Shown here: one piece after another, positions 57,260-64,000 of the stretch
Numbering within the stretch: the stretch's first letter is position 1
Layout: each line of letters begins with the position of its first letter
Assembly: GCA_003649205.1 (NCBI GenBank)
Contig: QMRC01000004.1
Span: forward strand, 32,001-96,000
Direction of reading: 5' to 3'
DNA from: Thermoprotei archaeon
GTDB lineage: Archaea; Thermoproteota; Thermoprotei; Thermoproteales; B15-G16
DNA length: 64,000 bases
Notes under the pieces: model-generated
Database searches by the model: none
The model's input: only the letters and a program-made list of their open reading frames with translations
What the model was told of the DNA's origin: nothing
Position numbers and translations under genes: made by a program

Positions 57260-57607
57260 GTGTTGTCTCTGCTAGCTAGAGAACTACTTGAAGAGCTTAG
57301 TGTCGAGGTACTTGATGTAGAGCTTGAGGAAACCCGTGGTTACTTAGCTATAACGTACCTACTCGAGCTATCGGAGGGTGTTGCAGTACCTATTTCTGAA
57401 TTTCACACAACTGACTTCTGGGTGTTGATTGTTCCACTGAATTTACTTGGTTTAGTAGCATCGTACTTAGTGCTTAGATCGAGATTGAGCGAGATCAGTG
57501 ATTTCTCCTTAATTGCTATTGTTGTGAGTGGTCTCTATGTGGAGTTCATCTTCGTTCGCTGTAGTGGTTTTGCTGTGTATCCAGCGAAATCTTTACTATC
57601 TCTCTAA
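57260..57607 (+). CDS. Hypothetical protein
   Basis: ORF fills the gap after a TATA-like CCTTAAAA; no motif recognised. Confidence 0.45.
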   Translation: MLSLLARELLEELSVEVLDVELEETRGYLAITYLLELSEGVAVPISEFHTTDFWVLIVPLNLLGLVASYLVLRSRLSEISDFSLIAIVVSGLYVEFIFVRCSGFAVYPAKSLLSL

Positions 57608-57626
57608 ACCTTAGTTATGCACTGTT

Positions 57627-58358
57627 ATGGGTATTAGGGTTCTCGTAACTGATGTTGATGGTGTTTTAACGGATTCGAAGGGAAGACTTGATTTGAGAGC
57701 TATTTCTCTTCTCCGTACTCTCGAGGAGAAAGGTATCTCGGTAATCCTTGCATCTGGTGCTTCTCTTCCAACTCTTCTCTCTCTACGTAGGTACCTAGGT
57801 ACTTCAGGTCCTGTAATTGCTGAGAACGGTGGAGTCATCTACATTAACGGTATGGTTGAGGTATTAGCTAAGAGAGATCCCGTTCTTGAGGCATGGAGTG
57901 AATTACGTAATGTACTACGTGACCTAGTTATCGAGAGTGCGACTTCTTTTGCTCGGTTAACAGATGTTGTGTTTAGACCTAGATCTAAGTCCTTAGTCGA
58001 TTATGTATTACTTAGGTCGAGGAGTGTCCTCGAGAAGTACCCAGATCTCGAGCTGGTTTACTCAGGTTTCTCCTTTCACCTCAAACCAAGGTCTACTAGT
58101 AAGTACAGGGCGCTTCTCCTCGTGTTGGAGAGACTTGGTCTACACCTAGATGATGTTCTTGCAGTTGGTGATAGCGAAGTGGATTTAGAAATGCTAAGGT
58201 ATAGTCCGTACAGTGGTGTGCCTGCTCATGCACCGGAATGCGTTAAGAGCGTTGCTAAGTACGTATCTCAGCATCCCTACGCTATGGGTTTCATAGATGT
58301 GGTGCTTCACTACCTCGGTAAGGAACTAGCTCCTTCTTCACCTACATTCTCACCATAG
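57627..58358 (+). CDS. HAD IIB phosphatase (phosphoglycolate phosphatase-like)
   Basis: DVDGVLT, LASG, AENGG, SK, GDSEVD. Confidence 0.88.
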   Translation: MGIRVLVTDVDGVLTDSKGRLDLRAISLLRTLEEKGISVILASGASLPTLLSLRRYLGTSGPVIAENGGVIYINGMVEVLAKRDPVLEAWSELRNVLRDLVIESATSFARLTDVVFRPRSKSLVDYVLLRSRSVLEKYPDLELVYSGFSFHLKPRSTSKYRALLLVLERLGLHLDDVLAVGDSEVDLEMLRYSPYSGVPAHAPECVKSVAKYVSQHPYAMGFIDVVLHYLGKELAPSSPTFSP

Positions 58359-58816
58359 TACCTCCCTCTATAGAGCTTATGTGGTTTCTCAACTAGCTTA
58401 ATCAACACTAACTGAGCTACTCTAGCACCTACCTCAATCTCGATACCATTCGGATTCAGTACCAGTAGCATCGCTTCTCCTCTACCTACGTAACCTGGAT
58501 CCCAAACAGCTAAGTTGATAGAAGCACCCATACGAAGTAAACTAGACCTCGGAAAGGCAATACCAACACAGTCCTCAGGGATAGACACAACCTCTCTAAA
58601 CCTAATCTTGTACACTCCTGGCTCAAGTACGTAGATACCTCCTCTAGGCTCAACCTCCTCACAATGAGGTAGCTCTACACCACTCCTCCGAATAGCTCCT
58701 CTACCACAAAATACAAAGACTCTCTCGAGAGTTAAGTCAATACCAGCAGGCTGTATCTGCTCCACAGATACTGACTCGATAAACTTAGACACCAAGATCC
58801 CAGGTAGAGCACACAT
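58310..58816 (-). CDS. Trimeric dUTPase/dCTP deaminase family
   Basis: QPAGIDL, PRSSLLR, WDPGYVG, RVAQL. Confidence 0.9.
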   Translation of the reverse strand: MCALPGILVSKFIESVSVEQIQPAGIDLTLERVFVFCGRGAIRRSGVELPHCEEVEPRGGIYVLEPGVYKIRFREVVSIPEDCVGIAFPRSSLLRMGASINLAVWDPGYVGRGEAMLLVLNPNGIEIEVGARVAQLVLIKLVEKPHKLYRGRYYGENVGEEGASSLPR

Positions 58817-58817
58817 A

Positions 58818-59552
58818 CTAATCCACCTTCTCTACAACCACTATCATTCTCCAACACCTACAATCTCTAGATAACCTACACGAAGTATCGTAATCACCAA
58901 AGCACTCAAATACCTTAAATCCGAGTAACTCCAGTATAGTGAGTAATTCCTGTGGAAAGAATACCCTAAGCTTTAGAGTACCAACATCAACCCACGAACT
59001 ACCATACCTAACCCTTAACCTCCAGACCTCAAGTTGATTCACGTAATCGACATCAAGAAGCTCAAGATCATAGCGATCACATACAGATTCTGGAATTGTG
59101 TAGGTATCTAGGAAGTAACCCCTAGGATTCGCTACATCGATAATGTAGAGACCACCAACCCTCAACACCCTCCAAACCTCCCTTAAATGGGACACAACAT
59201 CGTACCTAGAGACTAAGTGTCTAAAGGTATCGAAGAGACAGGTACACACATCAAAAAAGTCCGCCCTAAACGGCAGACACCTCATATCACCACAAATACC
59301 AGAACCAAGAGCCAACCTCCCTCTATTCCTCGCATAGTACAGCATATCCCTACTCAAGTCAATACCATAAACCTCATACCCACACCTGGCAAGCTTGTGG
59401 ACATGAGTACAGGTACCACAACCCAAGTCAAGAACTCTACGAACACGAACACCAGCTAGCTCAAAGACATCAATCAAGAACTCTACCTCCCTATCAACAT
59501 CAAGACGTGAAAAAGCAACCTCATACAGTTCAGGTCTAAGGTATATACTCAA
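58818..59552 (-). CDS. Class I SAM-dependent methyltransferase
   Basis: VLDLGCGT, GIDLS, GDMR, LRVGG. Confidence 0.88.
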   Translation of the reverse strand: MSIYLRPELYEVAFSRLDVDREVEFLIDVFELAGVRVRRVLDLGCGTCTHVHKLARCGYEVYGIDLSRDMLYYARNRGRLALGSGICGDMRCLPFRADFFDVCTCLFDTFRHLVSRYDVVSHLREVWRVLRVGGLYIIDVANPRGYFLDTYTIPESVCDRYDLELLDVDYVNQLEVWRLRVRYGSSWVDVGTLKLRVFFPQELLTILELLGFKVFECFGDYDTSCRLSRDCRCWRMIVVVEKVD

Positions 59553-59563
59553 GGAACTTCACC

Positions 59564-59611
59564 TCAGCTTAGGTCCAGTTCATCATTTCTCAGAAGGCGG
59601 TAGTTCATCAC
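59564..59611 (-). ncRNA. Box C/D sRNA
   Basis: GTGATGA-actaccgcctt-CTGA-gaa-ATGATGA-actggacctaag-CTGA; all four boxes consensus. Confidence 0.92.
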
Positions 59612-59685
59612 AGAGAGAAAACCCTAACACATAGAGAAGAAAAGTATTGAGAAAACATTAACTTACTCTCTACACAATCTCTAAC

Positions 59686-60300
59686 TCACCTCACTAATCC
59701 CCAATCTCTTAATCCACTGTAAATCATCTCAGCAGCAAAAGCAGCTATGACAATAGAGGTCAACCTACTCACAGCAACAACACCACTTCTACCAAGTAAC
59801 TTCATGAGTGATCGAGAGAATCTCAGGACTAGGTAGGTCACTAAGGTAGCAAGTACAATAGCTATCAACGTAGCAGCAAAACCATACCTATACGGTAGAA
59901 CAAGTAGGAGAGTTATGGTTCCAGGACCTACCAGTAGTGGTGTGGCTATGGGGACAACAGGTACATCCTCACGATACGCAACCTTAGTCCTAGGTAAACC
60001 ACTGAGAGCATCGATAGCTATAGCCATGAGCAAAACACCACCACCAACCTTGAGAGCAGCAACCGAAACACCTAGTAGGAGTAACCAGAGTCTACCACCG
60101 AGACTTATAGCTAGTGAGAGAATAAAGACAAAGAGCGCTATTGTCCTCGTTACCCTACTAAAAACCTCTCGAGAGTAGGAACCAACGTACGTTAGGTATA
60201 TTGGTACAACAGCTACAGGATCTAGGATAGCAACTAACTGCACAGTACATGAAATCACTGCGAAGATCAAGTCCTCAATGGCCATGAGTATAGTATCCAC
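59686..60300 (-). CDS. MarC-family membrane protein
   Basis: ILDP, VGGGVLL, VPIATPLLVGPGTI. Confidence 0.88.
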   Translation of the reverse strand: MDTILMAIEDLIFAVISCTVQLVAILDPVAVVPIYLTYVGSYSREVFSRVTRTIALFVFILSLAISLGGRLWLLLLGVSVAALKVGGGVLLMAIAIDALSGLPRTKVAYREDVPVVPIATPLLVGPGTITLLLVLPYRYGFAATLIAIVLATLVTYLVLRFSRSLMKLLGRSGVVAVSRLTSIVIAAFAAEMIYSGLRDWGLVR

Positions 60301-60324
60301 AACCTAGAAAATAAGATTACTTCG

Positions 60325-61302
60325 TTACCTCTTCACATATAGCCAACACTTCACGTAGTGACTTGGAGCTATTTCAACAACAGGTGGTTCCTCTCTCTTA
60401 CACCTATCATTTGCGTATGGACATCTTGGATGGAATCTACAGCCAGGTGGTGGGTTAATGAGACTAGGTGGTTCTCCAGGTATCACCTTCCTCTCACTAA
60501 ACCTATTCCTAGGGTCAGGATCCGGTATCGCCTCCATGAGTGCACAGGTATAGGGATGCTGTGGATTCTTAACGACATCTAGGAATGGCCCTAGCTCGAC
60601 TATCTTACCAGCGTACATGACGGCTACTCTATGAGCGAAGTACTTTGCTGTTGCCATGTCGTGAGTTATGTAGAGGAACGCGATGTTCTCCCTCTCTTGA
60701 AGCTCTCTAAGAAGCATCAGTATTTCAACCCTAACCGAAGCATCTAGCATTGATACAGGTTCATCAGCGACAATGAACTCAGGTTCTAGGATCAATGCTC
60801 TAGCTATGGCAACTCTCTGTCTCTGACCACCGCTCAACATGTGTGGATACTTACCTAGGAAGTCTTCAGGTGGTGTCAACTTAACCTTCTCAAGTACCTT
60901 ACAAACTCTCTCTAATCTCTCCCGCTTATCACCAATACCGTGGACTATGAGTGGCTCCTCCAGGATGTACCTAATGGGATGAACAGGACTAAGGCTAGAG
61001 TACGGATCCTGGAAGATTATCTGAGCTCTACGTCTAAACCACTTAAGCTTCTTCTCAGGTAGATCCGTAATATCAACACCATCAAAGATTATCCTACCTG
61101 ACGTGGGTTTAATTAACCTCAGTACTGTCCTACCAAGTGTTGTCTTACCACACCCTGACTCACCGACTACAGCTAGAGTCTCACCACAATCAATAGTGAA
61201 TGAAACACCATCAACAGCCTTAACGTAGTATGTCTTGCTCCTGAATAGACCAACCTTCACAGGAAACCAAGTCCTTAAATCCTTAACCTCTAGAAGCGCC
61301 AT
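60325..61302 (-). CDS. Oligopeptide/dipeptide ABC ATPase (OppF/DppF)
   Basis: [32 protein letters not shown]. Confidence 0.92.
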   Translation of the reverse strand: MALLEVKDLRTWFPVKVGLFRSKTYYVKAVDGVSFTIDCGETLAVVGESGCGKTTLGRTVLRLIKPTSGRIIFDGVDITDLPEKKLKWFRRRAQIIFQDPYSSLSPVHPIRYILEEPLIVHGIGDKRERLERVCKVLEKVKLTPPEDFLGKYPHMLSGGQRQRVAIARALILEPEFIVADEPVSMLDASVRVEILMLLRELQERENIAFLYITHDMATAKYFAHRVAVMYAGKIVELGPFLDVVKNPQHPYTCALMEAIPDPDPRNRFSERKVIPGEPPSLINPPPGCRFHPRCPYANDRCKREEPPVVEIAPSHYVKCWLYVKR

Positions 61303-61508
61303 CGCTACAGTCTGCACAAATCACTAAATAAAGTTTTCCTCACAGAATTGTCTCAGAGGTACGTGATACTTACCATATGTCAACTCGTCCATGACACAGT
61401 GACCTACCCACTATAGACACTAGGTAAAATCGATACTGTATCTTAAGCTAACTTTTATATTTTGGTACTATGTCACATCTCAAGTACAGATACCCATCAG
61501 GTGATATT

Positions 61509-64000
61509 ATGAGTAGTAGGTACCTCGCCCTCACGCTAGTCATAGCAATACTCCTCGCATCAGTAATCTACCTCACAGTACCCATATCAGCTGAGGAAGT
61601 ACCCTACGGACCATGGCTAGACGAAGTAGTGTTCATGGAGGAGAGATCAACAGCAAAAGCTGTTGAGATGCTAGATAAGGGAGACATACAGATGTACTTA
61701 TGGTACCTAACAGGTGAGAACCTAGAGAAGGCACTTAAGTCACCAAATATCGAGGTAGTACCATCCTATGCAGGTATGTTCGATCTCTTCGTAAATCCAA
61801 TCGATACGAGGAACTACACAGGTGAATTCAACCCATTCTGTATTAGAGAGGTGAGAGAAGCACTCAACTACATAATTGATAGAGAGTACATCGTTAGAGA
61901 GATACTGAAGGGTAGAGGAGTACCGATGGTAACAGTATTTAGACCAAACACACCAGACTACGTTAGAAATATAGAGTTCATGAAGGCAATGGAATCTAAG
62001 TACAAGTACGACTTCGATAAGGGTAAGGCAATAATCTTCGACGCACTTTACAAGGCAGGTTGCGAGTTTAAGGAAGGTAAGTGGTACTATAAGGGTAAGC
62101 CAATCAAGATCAGGATATTCATAAGGATTGAAGACGAGAGGAAGCTCATTGGTGAGTACGTAGCATCAGTCCTAGAGAAGCTAGGATTTGAAGTCGAGAG
62201 GATCTACGGCCCCGCAATGAAGGCTTGGGAAGTAGTCTACGGTGGAGATCCAAGAAAGGGTCAATGGCACTTATATACAGAGGGTTGGTCATTCACAGCA
62301 ATAACAGCCTACGATGATGACCTACCATACTACATGTACTGCTCAGAGTGGACAGGTACAGTCTTCGAGTACTACAAGCCATCACCAGTACTAGTAGACT
62401 TAGCAACGAAGCTACTAAACGCCAAGTACAAGTCAATGGAGGAGAGAAATGAGTGGGTAAGGAAGCTAACTGAGCTATGTCTAAAGGACTCAACAAGAGT
62501 ATGGCTAGCTCTACAGGAAACACCATTCCCATACTCAGCAAAGTTAAGGGCACCAGCATATGACCTAATAGGTGGCTTCTACACGATATTCAGCATAAGA
62601 ACAGCTAAGTACAAGGAGAAGGTCGGTGGTAGCATTAAGGTAGCACAGAGGAGAATGTTCGTAAGCGCCTTTAACCCAGTAGGTGGAATAAAGTGGATCT
62701 ATGAGTCCGTAATATGGGTACAGGTAGTGGATCCAGGAGTATACCCACATCCACACACAGGTGAGTACATACCAGTTAGAGCAAAGTTCACGGTGGAGAC
62801 AGCTGGTCCAGAAGGTAAGCTACCAGTACCACCAGACGCACTCAAGTTCGATCCAGCAACCAAGAAGTGGGTTAAGGTAGGTCCAGGTGTAAACGCCACA
62901 AGCAAGGTAACGTTCGAATACGTCATGGGCAAGTGGCACCACGGACAACCAATAACAATTGCTGATGTAATGATGGCTATTGCAGAAGCCTTTAGAATAA
63001 CCTACGAGAAGGACCCACTCTACGATCCAGCATCAATAACGCCAGCAATGCAGACATTTGTTAAGACGTTCAAGGGATTAAGGATTCTTGGTCCAAACAA
63101 GATAGAGATTTACCTGGACTACTGGCATGTCGATGACACCTATATAGCGTACATGGCTGATGTATGGCCATCAGTACCATGGGAGGTCTACACATTGATG
63201 AACAAGGCTGTTGAGGATAGGAAGCTAGCATTCTCAGATTCAAGAGCAGGGGATTGGGGTGTTGAGTGGTTAGATCTATGGAAGGGACCAAGCATACCAA
63301 TACTCAAGGAGTACCTAGACAAGCTAAAGGCAGAGAACTACATACCTGAGGAGATTAAGGAGTGGGTAAAGCCTGAAGAGGCTAAGGCGAGATGGGAAGC
63401 ACTTGCTAAGTGGTACGAGAAGTACGGTCACTTCCTAGTAAGTAATGGACCATTCATAGCGTACAAGGCAGATCCAGCAGCTAAGATGGCAGTACTGAAG
63501 GCATTTAGAGAGTACCCATTCAAGGCAGATTACTGGGATTGGTTGCTAAAGCCAAGAGTACCAGAGGTTAAGGTTGCTAAGATGCCAGATATCGTACCAG
63601 GTATGGAGGCGAGGATAGAGCTAACATCGACTTTCGAAGGTAAGCCATACGACAAGGTGAAGATCAAGGTATCACTAGTAGGTCCAGCAGGTGTAGCAGT
63701 GCTTACAAAGGATGCTAAGAGAGTAGGTCCAGGTAAGTTCGAGGTACTACTCACACCAGAGGATACGGGTAAGTTAACACCAGGCGTTTACACGGTTGAG
63801 GTAATTGCTGTTGGTGAGGAAGCAGCGTTACCGAAGATAGTATCGACATCAGCTAAGGTAATTCCACAGATCATGTACTTCGAGACCAGAGTTAAGGAGC
63901 TTGAGACGAGATTAGGCGGTGAAATCGAGGATATCAGAGGATCCATATCAAAGCTAGAGGACACAATATCTGACCTAAGTGCATCAATATCAGGTATATC
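61509..64000 (+). CDS. Family 5 peptide ABC substrate-binding protein, runs off window
   Basis: ATG 61509, signal peptide MSSRYLALTLVIAILLA..., NPFCIREVREALNYIIDR, SNGPF. Absent from ORF track because no stop lies in the window. Confidence 0.88.
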   Translation, partial: MSSRYLALTLVIAILLASVIYLTVPISAEEVPYGPWLDEVVFMEERSTAKAVEMLDKGDIQMYLWYLTGENLEKALKSPNIEVVPSYAGMFDLFVNPIDTRNYTGEFNPFCIREVREALNYIIDREYIVREILKGRGVPMVTVFRPNTPDYVRNIEFMKAMESKYKYDFDKGKAIIFDALYKAGCEFKEGKWYYKGKPIKIRIFIRIEDERKLIGEYVASVLEKLGFEVERIYGPAMKAWEVVYGGDPRKGQWHLYTEGWSFTAITAYDDDLPYYMYCSEWTGTVFEYYKPSPVLVDLATKLLNAKYKSMEERNEWVRKLTELCLKDSTRVWLALQETPFPYSAKLRAPAYDLIGGFYTIFSIRTAKYKEKVGGSIKVAQRRMFVSAFNPVGGIKWIYESVIWVQVVDPGVYPHPHTGEYIPVRAKFTVETAGPEGKLPVPPDALKFDPATKKWVKVGPGVNATSKVTFEYVMGKWHHGQPITIADVMMAIAEAFRITYEKDPLYDPASITPAMQTFVKTFKGLRILGPNKIEIYLDYWHVDDTYIAYMADVWPSVPWEVYTLMNKAVEDRKLAFSDSRAGDWGVEWLDLWKGPSIPILKEYLDKLKAENYIPEEIKEWVKPEEAKARWEALAKWYEKYGHFLVSNGPFIAYKADPAAKMAVLKAFREYPFKADYWDWLLKPRVPEVKVAKMPDIVPGMEARIELTSTFEGKPYDKVKIKVSLVGPAGVAVLTKDAKRVGPGKFEVLLTPEDTGKLTPGVYTVEVIAVGEEAALPKIVSTSAKVIPQIMYFETRVKELETRLGGEIEDIRGSISKLEDTISDLSASISGI

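Noticed and set aside
61378-61396. TGTCA-N9-TGACA inverted repeat between the opp genes
   Set aside because: Five-bp arms can occur by chance; no supporting regulator nearby.
62293-63754. Five short minus-strand ORFs
   Set aside because: Shadows of the plus-strand substrate-binding protein gene.

Overview
Gene-dense archaeal window, most likely a hyperthermophilic crenarchaeote of or near Thermoproteales (ThermoDBP-type ssDNA-binding protein, Rpo8, SmAP3, archaeosine TGT, stand-alone rpl14). It carries vapBC, an ECF transporter, a 9-gene type IV pilus locus, an operon of two R15P-isomerase paralogues plus a form III-like RuBisCO, many housekeeping genes, tRNA-Ala(TGC) and a truncated peptide-binding protein. 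Main signals outside the ORF track: (1) an unannotated 24-aa Cys/Trp peptide (35605-35679) directly upstream of an RRE-like/radical SAM/SPASM enzyme, a candidate new archaeal RiPP system; (2) about 23 box C/D guide sRNAs read by eye between 23 and 60 kb, plus one K-turn/ACA hairpin; (3) a Lys177->Asp change in an otherwise intact RuBisCO active site; (4) three apparently paralogous helix-hairpin-helix proteins in the pilus locus. All calls come from reading motifs. No searches were run, and rRNA/tRNA targets are from recalled consensus sequences.
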